Made by a program: the position numbers and the translations under genes. Source: a virus. From it: a stretch of 64,000 bases of DNA. Below, one piece after another: positions 31,001-39,897 of the stretch (its first letter is position 1; each line of letters starts with the position of its first letter). The stretch is taken from UHGV virus genome UHGV-2031204; one strand, given 5' to 3'. Below the pieces are notes generated by a model that was given only the letters and a program-made list of their open reading frames with translations, made no database searches and was not told where the DNA came from.

Positions 31001-32262
31001 ACTAGCCCCAAATCGTGCATTAGTCGAAACAGATCAGCTAACGGGCCGCTTGTTTCTCCTGCTATTGCCGAGTTAGAAATAGACGACAAATTACCAAAAC
31101 CATACTTCGCCAACTGTAGGCGTTTCATGACTTCTGGATTTTTCTCTAACTCGCCACGAGTCCAGTTTTGAAGACGTTCGATCTGTGGCTGTAAGAGACG
31201 TTTTGCTAACCAACCACCTGCAAAACTTGCCGCTTTATTACGCGAGTTTGTGTTACGACGGTCAGGAGACAACGATGAGCTGTCCGACATGCCAAAGTCA
31301 TCTTCCTGAGCCATCCCTAGAACTTGTTCTAGAATCCCACGGCCATCGCTAAAGACGTTCGAGATTTTCTTCTTCGCATTTTCGCGAATCTGGTCAATGA
31401 AATTATCCGCGTAGTGTAAGGGGTTCATCCACTCCGCAGCTTTACGTTTTACATTAGCCCAACGAATTTCAGAAAACTCTTCCTTCGCGTAGTCTGGCAG
31501 CGCTGTGTTCTTAACGATGGCTTCTAATGCTGGTGTATTGCGTGCAAACTCGTCTTGTTTGAGTTTCGCAATATCTTGCAAAGCAAACAGCGTTCGATAC
31601 TGCAGCTCTAACTGCTTACGCTGAACATTTAACAACACGCCACGACTTAAGCTAGTCGTTAAGTTGACGTCTTTTGCAATACCGATTACTGTCTGGAACA
31701 GTGCGTCGGACTTCATGTCCTTAATCGTGTCACGCAAGCGGTCTTCAACCATCCCTTCTTGCGTTTCGCGTTGCTGGTCCGCTGTTTGCGGTGCGCCTGA
31801 GAACACGCTGTCCAGCTCACGATCCATCATCGCTTGTTTAGGATCGTAATTCCCATAGTCGATTTGATCGTTACGTGCCCACTTGTCGATTTTCCGTGTT
31901 ACGGATTCCGGTAAATACCGTTTCAGTGTTGGACCTAACTGTCTCGCTTGCATCTTAACGACGCGAGACGTCTTTTCAATCTCGTCTTTCGTATGGGCCA
32001 GAATGTCTTGACCTGCAGCTTTAACGTTTTGATAGCCTTCGTAGGCTTCTGCCGCAGGTTTAGGCATCCCTTTTAAAATAACCTGATCACGTTTGTTTTC
32101 GGGCCAGATAGTCGACAACGCCGACTTACGGGCAGCACGAAATGTGTCCATGACCGGGTTACGCGATTGGTCTTGTTGACGAGGGGGCTCATCAAAATCG
32201 TCCCAGTCGTCCATGTTATCAAGATCGATTTCATCGAAATCATCTTTACCTTTTTTAGCCAT
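25096..32262 (-). CDS. giant virion-type protein with lytic transglycosylase (SLT) domain
   Basis: 2388 aa; acidic N-terminus; central hydrophobic region; SLT motifs AESGLQYGN, GLFQFTNGTWNG, AYLYHFLGPGGG in C-terminal third. Confidence 0.7.
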   Translation of the reverse strand: MAKKGKDDFDEIDLDNMDDWDDFDEPPRQQDQSRNPVMDTFRAARKSALSTIWPENKRDQVILKGMPKPAAEAYEGYQNVKAAGQDILAHTKDEIEKTSRVVKMQARQLGPTLKRYLPESVTRKIDKWARNDQIDYGNYDPKQAMMDRELDSVFSGAPQTADQQRETQEGMVEDRLRDTIKDMKSDALFQTVIGIAKDVNLTTSLSRGVLLNVQRKQLELQYRTLFALQDIAKLKQDEFARNTPALEAIVKNTALPDYAKEEFSEIRWANVKRKAAEWMNPLHYADNFIDQIRENAKKKISNVFSDGRGILEQVLGMAQEDDFGMSDSSSLSPDRRNTNSRNKAASFAGGWLAKRLLQPQIERLQNWTRGELEKNPEVMKRLQLAKYGFGNLSSISNSAIAGETSGPLADLFRLMHDLGLVNPLRRETLALDDRSAESLSAAAKFDRKAYLSITEVIPTLLSEINKSIRRGYGEHHDQVYDLTTRGMVDRKVIGNRVRKAVANDDQRKRLQTYINDTVDFIDKDKTLDRKTRQALADYIESRASEGKAFDVGSLLKDPMHMYRYMNANAVEAIQGVLEARSAELVGGHHELSNAISNKIAAIQSTIRARQDTVDAASVIYGENALRDSGIFKYDAKNDIFEVDKDINDPYTLFNDLSMGKTRSGRSLTREQEIQRKLQNGSALGDYLRRMGAGAEPSFEDKELSNVRGGGKGGRGRGLSARQLAAVLYGEKSTNFVELLSSRPDTNAGLEQQFDRLIDAVRKQPESSTVQDILKHVKNMDEEGILLASLGGSRDGGDESESSSDSGRKRRRKRKRIVLGETGLLRRWAGVLWDTGSGVGRFGKNLFLRGKDRLQALGGFIRGKFSGGSSEGPGVFSRLKGLVTGTLSTGWNSAVAFGKGVLGVRDIYDERGNVVLQGSRLEAGEYYQADPKTEKLVQLKTLDDIKLGRDIVDEAGNLILAAADLAAAGKLRFYKGGKVQALFQYISGKAGTAVNKAVTLPKKLLGFISPKAASLFEKAREWLNEVPEGAEKTRLQSMISRVTGMPARLWNNAKRGFEKLKELASDNPLTRWWQNRKEGGSGGGFSVFSWSNGRKTNHILIRIYKLLNRRLPGEAEDDTWTEQMERNTGASSVKGLFQRAKDIREGFREHFQGFRDWRGRMRDRISRYRSAVGGHLSRWGGAARGWFDRFRGRASDMVDTFRDPRYDIGTRYRMESRLAGRDDDVAEFYRQHIYARGKVSKTRIVDAAKEDLDTVTDSAGRVINKGKQKARSVGSALLERLNRMVNLQEMSWFNTMRDSAEKAGASDGLLRTMFSKFGQRNKPPASDEKRDYFQFFRRRRRSKEEEKAKKEAEKKGGKRGVMDFLKGLPLVGPIVSILGTVGSILGKVAKWGIFKPVGFAGKALWNVGKFAVTRLAVPAVSAVATAASAVVTAVGWPIIGLVAAGAALSWFAYKTATRENAQYLDNMRLAQYGFRDHDEWSSDDGAKARYLEDNLKPYISYTENGQAQLRGLSGDDVKKLAEGFGTNVEDKGEMLAFTAFMLQRFVPIYLRWITALRSMDNDIALADVGNPSKVSKADMLTIFNKMKMTKDAPAFKSLTDPRKVNQGWFSKAWDFVTFTPAEFLSGEEVVEAQDRVFRSINMRRDDKRKETTGAGAVPEGHKVASVAESSQVLAKNDTERNETVAKAEGWEDGTEQVQIQVDWRALPEKKDLDAMESVRWKSYGVKSVNETTRTLFRLLEKEVLKDTDIKNCIYKGDWKKAISAIAPDAIGGPKEERYKNWFYNRFLPVFMTYVYGVKRYVPHADPLDLKLTGGFLYELALMMRGAYNMKGGIRQSVWEIAFNPLGGDANTDAGSVREELATLKELSKEPDLAVRNMLKETPSTPKRMTWKSPATNSSVHQTNEDSKERYKGINSYGEASNDGYLPKGGQSYGTPGDLSQVVGDMGIGNYAKYSTGQSGITLGELQDGDYKSLVTKYPREMLGKPMQSNTEAIKSLIIDAANMVGVPPSVAIAMAQAESGLQYGNYPGASSGRPRSNKMSAAGLFQFTNGTWNGVMKQYARRYGIPQTDQFDPWANAILGVNFIRDNIKTAQKDLGGIAPPPAVAYLYHFLGPGGGAEFLKAWKTNPNGSPDKVKYITPAVLNGNEGVFYIMNGKKRVRMRTIGEVVEELNRRMGAVGTNEIAANPASAKNMTKGLSPVPSSPAIAAGAANDPSIAGPADNLPAANEANRDSALADKGAMGAEDIKAATGGGPAVPSPGGDVTPSDASVVVETVGQNARADGLGEEEVAKVKEGARQQMEKSARPAPTVTSDAQTTPTVNSGDPISVQQLAVAKESAGYLREIVTILRQRPQAMQPSPATSAASAPGSASRNIAVEQPARQLDVGRKRA

Positions 32263-32291
32263 AACGTTTAATCCGTATCAGGAGATTTAGC

Positions 32292-33911
32292 GTGAATAAA
32301 CTTAATTGGGTTGACTTTTATCTGCTCAATGTAAACAAGTCTCTTGTGTCGCGATTACGACCCGTCACGACCACGGATACTTTCCAGGGGTTAACAAAAA
32401 ACTTTCACCCCGAAGGTCTTTACTCTACAGAGATTTTTGGACTCACGGGTAGTGAAGCGCGAGACTCTACATTCTCTTATATCGATATTAAGCTCGATAT
32501 CATTTCGCCGACAGTGTGTTTGGCGTTATTCCAACTCAAACAACTCTACGAAGAAATTTGTTCTGGAAAACGCTACGCAACGTGGAGCGAAAAAGAAAAA
32601 GATTTCGAACCGGCCTTGCCGGGAGACCCAGGCGCAGATACCGGTTTTAACTTCTTCCTCAGTCACTATAACGATTTAAAACCTAAGCGTAACGAGTCTC
32701 TACAACGTGACGAAACCGTGGATTTCTTTTTGAAATTCCGTCCCGTTAGTCTTAGTCGATACGTTCTCGTGTTACCCGCGGGTTTACGCGATTTAGTAAT
32801 TCGACAAGATGGTAGAGAGCAAGAAGAAGAAATCGGCGGGATGTATCGTCGGTTGGTATCTCTCGCCAGAGCGATCCCTGACCGGGCAACCCGTGTCGAG
32901 TTAACTAACCCCGTACGCTGGAAACTTCAACAAACCTTCAATGATATCTGGATGTATTTCTTTAACATCCAGGACGGTAAAGGGGGTTTCCAACGTCGTA
33001 AAGTGACGTCTCGTAAGTTAATGAACGGGACACGTAACGTACTGTCCTCGTTCTCGACGGGGTCTAAATGCATGGGTCGTGAAGACGCTATTCGTCCCAC
33101 CGACACCAAAATTGGTTTATACCAGGGTTTAAAAGCATTACTCCCCGTTGCGCAGTACCAGATACGAGAACGTTACCTCGGTAACATCCGTGCCGGTGAT
33201 GGCAACCTTTACGGCGTAAACACCAAAACCCTTAAACGTGAATTCTTGGAAGTAGGTGGTCGTGTATACGACACCTTTACCACCGACGATGGGATTGAAT
33301 CCTTAATCAACCGAATGGAAGCTCGCGAGCTTCGCCATCAACCGATTATGTTGGACGACACCCACTACGTTGCGTTGGTTTACCAAGACACCAAACATTT
33401 TAAGGTGTTCTACGATATTGAAGAACTTCCTAAAACGTTTGACCGAAAATTCGTCCACGGTATGACGCTCGTCGAATTGCTTTATTTGTCGGGCTACGAA
33501 CTTTGGAACGATTATTTCGGTTTCGTTACACGTTATCCCGTTACAGGCCGAGGCTCGACGTATTCATCGACCATAAGATTGGAGACCACCACGTCATCTT
33601 TATACTTAAAAGAACTGGAAGATGACTGGGAAACTGAAAAACCCCGAGGGGCTATCAGCTACCCTGACCGGTCGGTTCCTACCTTCGTTGAGTCTATGGC
33701 ACCACACCCTTCACGCCTAGGTGGGTTAGGGGGTGACTACGACGGCGATACCGGGTCGTTTAACGCGCCTATGTCCCAGGAAGCGCTCGAGGAAAACCGG
33801 AACTGGATACACTCGAAAAACTACTGGTTCGATTCTGATGGGAACTTTAAAATCAATCCTATCAACAACGTGATTAAACGTGCAACGCAAGCGTTATTAA
33901 AGAACCCATAA
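32292..33911 (+). CDS. multisubunit RNA polymerase beta-prime homologue, N-terminal module (GTG start)
   Basis: Matches E. coli beta-prime blocks: FHPEGLYSTEIFG, YVLVLPAGLRDL (VLPVLPPDLRPL), MYRR, GKGGFQRRKVTSRKLMNGTRNVL ([23 protein letters not shown]), GDYDGDTGS (NADFDGD). Confidence 0.75.
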   Translation: MNKLNWVDFYLLNVNKSLVSRLRPVTTTDTFQGLTKNFHPEGLYSTEIFGLTGSEARDSTFSYIDIKLDIISPTVCLALFQLKQLYEEICSGKRYATWSEKEKDFEPALPGDPGADTGFNFFLSHYNDLKPKRNESLQRDETVDFFLKFRPVSLSRYVLVLPAGLRDLVIRQDGREQEEEIGGMYRRLVSLARAIPDRATRVELTNPVRWKLQQTFNDIWMYFFNIQDGKGGFQRRKVTSRKLMNGTRNVLSSFSTGSKCMGREDAIRPTDTKIGLYQGLKALLPVAQYQIRERYLGNIRAGDGNLYGVNTKTLKREFLEVGGRVYDTFTTDDGIESLINRMEARELRHQPIMLDDTHYVALVYQDTKHFKVFYDIEELPKTFDRKFVHGMTLVELLYLSGYELWNDYFGFVTRYPVTGRGSTYSSTIRLETTTSSLYLKELEDDWETEKPRGAISYPDRSVPTFVESMAPHPSRLGGLGGDYDGDTGSFNAPMSQEALEENRNWIHSKNYWFDSDGNFKINPINNVIKRATQALLKNP

Positions 33912-33920
33912 GGCTAAGCA

Positions 33921-36900
33921 ATGCTGCTCATTAAACAGTTTAACCAACGCTTCTCGGTGCGTAAAACCGATGAGTTTGGTAATCCGAGGATTATCCCGCT
34001 CGAGAAGCTACAGATACCGCGAGGTTCTGTACTCCATGTCATTGATCTCGACCAGGTGGTGTTAGCGCCGCCTGCAACACTCGAGATTATTCAACCGTTA
34101 GAAAAACCTGCACAGGTTCGTCACCACTTTAAATTACCGGAAGACGGTATTAGCGGACATCCGCGCAACAAACCTGTTCAGGGGCAAGAACGTGCTATCT
34201 TTGCCTACCACCGTGCAAACCGCCCGATGCGTCGTCTTACCTCAGACGAACTGGTTCGCAAAGACTTAAAAGTTCTCCTGATCGAGAACTACACGCCGAT
34301 GCTATCGCACTACTACTATCCTGATACCCAGTTAGCCTGGTACGATAGATTGCGTAACATCCAACTGCTGATGATTAACCAGTTCAAATACAACACGCAA
34401 GAATACATGCGTCAGAACTATTTCGTTATTGAACTGGGTTCGGCATTACCTTCGTTCCAGAAGTTTCAAACAACTTATAACGACCGTGTTAAGAGCAAGA
34501 TTGAGAAGTTCCAGGACTTCAACTTGCTGTGGTTATTAGAACTGTTTGCTTGGGCTTATGGAAAACAATCCGATTCCTTATTCGCGGGAATGGATTTAAC
34601 TCAGCTGTCACGAATGAACTTTATCTTCACCCACAACACGGGCTTTACGTCCATGAACATGGGTGTTGTAGAGAAAATGCGTAAGTCCTCCGGCGGTCGT
34701 TTAAGTGACGACCAAATGGCCAGGATGTTCTACCGTACGCTGGTGCGTGTAATGACACAAGCACCGTCTAACGCGTACGAAGCGGAATTCCTAACGCCTG
34801 AAGGTGACGAACGTGTTTTCCTTAAAGACGTCGAAGAAGAAACCGTTGATGTTGTCGATGATGACGACGTTGTTAATGACGCTGTGGTCGAATCCGATAA
34901 CACCTTCGATGAAAAAGAAGACGTCGTTATTGAAGAACCGAAGGAAGACGTCAAACCGACGACAATTGTTGTCGAGAAAGTCATTCCGCACGACGAGATT
35001 ATTAAACAGGAAGCACAACGCTTAGCTGAAGCGGGCCGCTTAAGTTCTAAAGCTTATCAGTTCCTGTCAGAATCGTCTAAACGTTTCGTTCAGCTGCCTA
35101 ACCCGTATAACCCGAAAGAAACCTACGGGGAAGCGCTTACTGTTCACGAGAAAGACGTCGTCGTTAAAGCCGAGCCGAAAAAGGTTCAGCGACTTGTTAC
35201 CGACGAAGGGTGGGCCGAGAACGTCACCGACCAGATGGTGAAACAATACAACCAGACCATGATGACCAAAGACGTGCTGGCGGCGGTCGCCAGTTCACAA
35301 CGTTTGGGTCTGGCGATTCACAATCACACGGTGGAAAAAGAAGTTTCTGTTACAGGGACTATCGAGCACCACACTTTACGTGTTCAACCAGTCGGTGGTG
35401 AGCCGACAACCGTTCGCTTCTCTATCCCAGGCTTGACCGAGGACGGTACTTGGGTAGCTAATGGTGTCGAATACACCATGCGCCGACAACGTGTGGACTT
35501 ACCGATTCGTAAGGTTGCACCGGATACTGTCGCACTGACTACCGCATACGGTAAAAACTTTGTCCGTCGTAGTGATAAGGTCGCAAACGACTACGGTCGT
35601 TGGTTAACCAACGCGATTATCACACGCGCTGTTGACCCGACAAACACCGAAGTCACCGATGCACGTTTAGCAAATGTGTTCGATCCTACGCAACATCTGC
35701 CTCGTCAGTATACGGAGATTGCACGTCGTATTGCCAGCTTTAATGCGAATGGCTATATGTGGAACTTCGACTACAAAGAAGCCGTTAACTTCTTTAATGA
35801 CGAGCAACTCAGAGACGCCGATGCTGCCAAACTTTTGCCAGTGGCGAAACGTCCGCGTAGTGAAACAATCCTGGCAATGGATGACAAATCCATGCTTTAC
35901 GGTGTGAACGGAAACAAAGTTGAGCCGGTGGGAACTATCGCAGAGGTACTGGGCTTTAATAACCAGAAAGTGCCTCGCGAAATGACCGAGCTGTCTTTGA
36001 TGGGTAAATCTTTGTCGCTTGGTTTTATCTTCTCGTTCTACCTTGGACTCCAGGGAATGTTGAAACATTTCGGTATCCAGTACGAGTTGGTTCCCGCAGG
36101 GCAGCGTGTTGATAAGAATGCCTACGACAGTATTATTCGGCTACAAGACTGTAAACTTTTAGTTACATGCGATAACGATCAGCAGAAGATGATTCTGCAT
36201 GGTTTGGATCGCTATCTCAAACACCTGGTTGCTTATACCGAATCAGAAGCAGACCGCGAAGACATTTACCTGAACTTATTACGTGATGCAGATGGCCTAA
36301 CACCACGGTACATCAACGAGCTGAAACAGATGCGGTCCGCGTTTGTTGACGACATGCACGCACGTATCCTCAGGAAAATGGGTGAACCGGAAACCTTTAT
36401 TGGCTTGTTGGAACGTTCTAACGAACTGTTACAAACTGACCACTCTTTACCAGAGATTAACGGCGATGAAATGATGTTCTTAGGCAATCAGAGGATTGCC
36501 TACCACATCTATACTGCGATGGTCAGAGCGATGCGTAACTACAATAACGCACCGGGCAGTAACCGTAAGTTCGAACTGACGCAAGACATGGTTTGGGGTG
36601 CAATTAACTCCGACCCGTCGGTACTTTTGGCACCAGGCGCTAACCCTATCCAGTCAATTAAAGAAAAAGACGTTATTACGATGGGGGGTACAGGTGGCCG
36701 TAATCGTAAAACGATGGTCTACCACACGCGTGAATTCCAACCCAGTGATATCGGGATAGTCTCGGGTAACACCGTAGATAACGGTGACGTAGGTATTACA
36801 GCTTTCGTCACCAATAACCCACGTTTTGACACCGTTGACGGTACTACATTTAAACGTGAAGAGAAACCCCCGAAACCAAGCGATACCCTTTCGTTTATTG

Positions 36901-38087
36901 ACGGGTTAGTACCAGATACGTTAATGGACGACGCAAAGCGTCAAAACTTCGTTGGGATTCAGTTAGGTTCTGCCACCAGTTGTAATGGGGCAACCACAAC
37001 CCCGTATCGTACTGAACAGGAGAAATTCGTCGCACACCGTACGTCGGTGAAACATGCACGCGTTATTGATAAAGCAGGTAAGATTACTGGTCTGTCGAAA
37101 GACCACATTGAAATTACGTACGAAGATGGAAGTAAAGAAGCCTTTCCTCTAGGGCGCTGGTTCGGCCCCCACGAAGGTACCTTCTATCCGCACACCTTGG
37201 TAACACGCTGGAAAGCCGGTGACAAGCTCCCGGCCGGAGCAGTGATTACGTACAACGAGCAACACTTTGAACCTGATATTTACGATCCTACTCAGGTTTC
37301 CTGGAAAAACGGGGTGCTGGCTACCGTTGCTTTATTAGAAGCTGAAGAAGTTATCGAAGACTCCAATGCAATTTCTGAACGGTTCGCGAAGAAAATGGTA
37401 GGGCAGGTAACAAAGCTGAAAGAAGTAACGATTAACAGCAACCAAATGCTTTTGGAAATCGTGAATGAGGGCGACCACGTAGACGTCGATACAATCCTAT
37501 GCACGTTTACTGACGACTTGACAGGCGATATGAGTGCCTTTAGTCAGGAAGCAGCCGCAACGTTGCAAAGTTTAAGTTCGTACGCACCTCGTGCAGGGGT
37601 ACGTGGTATCGTGGATAAAATCGAAGTGGTGTATCACGGTGAAACCGAAGACATGACACCAAGCCTTGCTGAACTGGTGCGTAAATACGACAGAATTCGT
37701 CGTAAAGCCGCACTAGCAGTCGGACGAGGTGATCCGGTTTCAGGCAGTGTAAACGGCGACTACCGTGTCGAAGGTGTACCATTAGCCTTTAACTCACTTT
37801 GTGTTCGATTCTTTATTACACACGACGTTGAGATGGCCGCTGCGGATAAGATGGTTATTGCTAACCAGCTAAAAACCACCGTACAAGAAGTCATGTACGG
37901 CGACAACAAAACAGAGGATGGTGATGACCTGGACGTGTTGTTCGGTCGTGATTCTGTCGATGCGCGTATCGTAGGTTCAATCCAACGTATCGGTACCGCG
38001 AATGCTGTAGGTGAACAAGCCGGGATTCTCATCGGGCGTATACTCGATGGGGAAGCTGTGCCTGATTTACCCGCGACACTTAAATAA
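33921..38087 (+). CDS. multisubunit RNA polymerase beta homologue with long N-terminal extension
   Basis: GGTGGRNRK...[25 protein letters not shown] parallels beta GPGGLTRER...[47 protein letters not shown] parallels SLIPFLEHDDANRALMGA; AGDK block. Confidence 0.7.
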   Translation: [1388 protein letters not shown]

Positions 38088-38094
38088 TCTCGAG

Positions 38095-38113
38095 GGGTGG
38101 GTCGCTCCCACCC
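38095..38113 (+). promoter_or_regulatory. intergenic stem-loop without U-tract before RBS
   Basis: GGGTGGG/CCCACCC stem then GGAGAAGAGA and ATG 38135. Confidence 0.35.
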
Positions 38114-38134
38114 TGATAAACTCCGGAGAAGAGA

Positions 38135-38428
38135 ATGTCTATTCTAGATAAAATCAAACAGCGGCACGGTATTCCGACTGGGAAAAATATTACCCAGCAA
38201 AACGTGGAGGGATACAGTCCCATTCAACGTACCAACTACGTGTCTTTAGGTAATACCGTTGAATTAGCAACGGAGATTGTACATGGACTGATTCGCGGTA
38301 ACTCAGGAATGTCTGACCGTATCGGTGATCAGAAACTGCTGAAACGTGATATCGCAGATCTGGTGGGCGCGCGTTTGTACGCGATGCTTCGGGCGAACAT
38401 CAGCACGAATAAAGAGGTTAAACAATGA
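38135..38428 (+). CDS. hypothetical protein
   Basis: 97-aa ORF, ATGA overlap with next gene. Confidence 0.45.
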   Translation: MSILDKIKQRHGIPTGKNITQQNVEGYSPIQRTNYVSLGNTVELATEIVHGLIRGNSGMSDRIGDQKLLKRDIADLVGARLYAMLRANISTNKEVKQ

Positions 38429-39885
38429 TCAGTTTATACTCGCTGAATGCGGTTACTAACGCCATGAAACTGTGCAAGCAGCATAATGTTCAGCTTGGCA
38501 CAGACGTTGACTCTCCGGTTGATTTACTCAACCGTGCGGTCGACCCTACGCGCGTTTTCGATACCACAATCACCGACGAACAGTTCTTCCAGGAACTGCC
38601 TGCGATTACGCAGCTTAAACGTCCTGTAGACGGTACGGCGGAAGCTTCGATTATTCGTGACGGCGCTGTTGAAGTTGAAGCACTGCGTGTTGACGATCAC
38701 GAAACCACGCTATTCGAACTGAAGAACATGGCCATTCAGCGTTGTAACGGGATGCTGGACTTTGCCCGTAACGTTGTTCAACCATTTGTGCAGCTGGTTA
38801 TCCAAAATAACACGATTGAAGATGTCAAACCGTTGGTCGAAGACTGGAACCTGATTCCGGTAGGTATCGATCCGTGTGTGGATTCCCCAGTTGTCCAGGC
38901 GCTGATTCAAGAAATCGCCAACCCGATGGGTAACGGTACGACTTACGACCCAATCAAGTTCGATGTACCGACCGACATCGAGATTCCGGAAACAGGTGTA
39001 AAAGCGTACGATGAGATGGTGCGTAAATTACTGAACGACCTGAACCTCAGCATGTACGATGCAGCAAAACTGCTGCTGGCAGGTAACTACACCGTACCTG
39101 TTGCAGATAAAGCACCGGAGATGGTAAAAGAACGTGTTCTGGTGCTGCTGTTGTCTTCGTTCTTCATTGAACGTCCGTGGCCTGACTCAGGTGTTGACGC
39201 CCTGAAATGGAAAGCGGAAATGGGTCGTGCCTATTACACGTCTATCGGTTGGGTATACGGCTTTGAAAAAGCGGTGGCTAACCGTGTCGCCACAGGTAAC
39301 ATCGTTTACTCTTACGATACCAACGAGAAAAACGTCTATATCTGTCAGGAAACGATGGATGACTACCTGGAAAAAGGTGGTATCGTTGAAGCCCTGTTGG
39401 GTGCCATTTACCTGATGGACGAAGGCGACTATAACGTTTCCGCACGCGTGGCGTCTCTGCTGGAAAACCAGAAAGCCTACGTTGAAGCTTACAATCGTCG
39501 TGCGATTATCGTTCAGAAACGAAATGAACTCGATTGGGTAAGTCGTAACCGTCAGGCGTTGAAAACAGCGTTCTCGATTGCAATCGACCAACTCGACCAG
39601 GGCTACCTGACTGTTGGCGAACTGACGCGTACTCGCGAAGAAGTCAAGCAGGTTGTTATGGGTATTTGTGATGATTTCTTTGTCAACGCAGACGAAGACA
39701 TTACGTTGTTTATCATCCGGACTGCATGTAACTCCGTATTCTGCGCCTACGAAATTGATCCGCTGATGCGTACGATTCATACAGCAATGATTGAGAACAC
39801 CGACCCGGCAGAAGCCGCAACCAGTTGGATGATTGACTATGTACTGAACTGGATCGCAGGTTCAGTATTTGTCGATAAACTTTAA
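38425..39885 (+). CDS. hypothetical protein
   Basis: 486-aa ORF. Confidence 0.55.
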   Translation: MISLYSLNAVTNAMKLCKQHNVQLGTDVDSPVDLLNRAVDPTRVFDTTITDEQFFQELPAITQLKRPVDGTAEASIIRDGAVEVEALRVDDHETTLFELKNMAIQRCNGMLDFARNVVQPFVQLVIQNNTIEDVKPLVEDWNLIPVGIDPCVDSPVVQALIQEIANPMGNGTTYDPIKFDVPTDIEIPETGVKAYDEMVRKLLNDLNLSMYDAAKLLLAGNYTVPVADKAPEMVKERVLVLLLSSFFIERPWPDSGVDALKWKAEMGRAYYTSIGWVYGFEKAVANRVATGNIVYSYDTNEKNVYICQETMDDYLEKGGIVEALLGAIYLMDEGDYNVSARVASLLENQKAYVEAYNRRAIIVQKRNELDWVSRNRQALKTAFSIAIDQLDQGYLTVGELTRTREEVKQVVMGICDDFFVNADEDITLFIIRTACNSVFCAYEIDPLMRTIHTAMIENTDPAEAATSWMIDYVLNWIAGSVFVDKL

Positions 39886-39897
39886 CGCGCTTAGGAG

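Noticed and set aside
25096-38087. Short ORFs on the opposite strand inside the giant genes (e.g. 27090-27380, 34730-34984, 35667-36068)
   Set aside because: Fully embedded in long, motif-supported genes on the other strand; no RBS; judged spurious.
38425-39885. 486-aa product as the missing C-terminal half of beta-prime
   Set aside because: No bridge-helix or trigger-loop-like blocks visible by eye; left as hypothetical.
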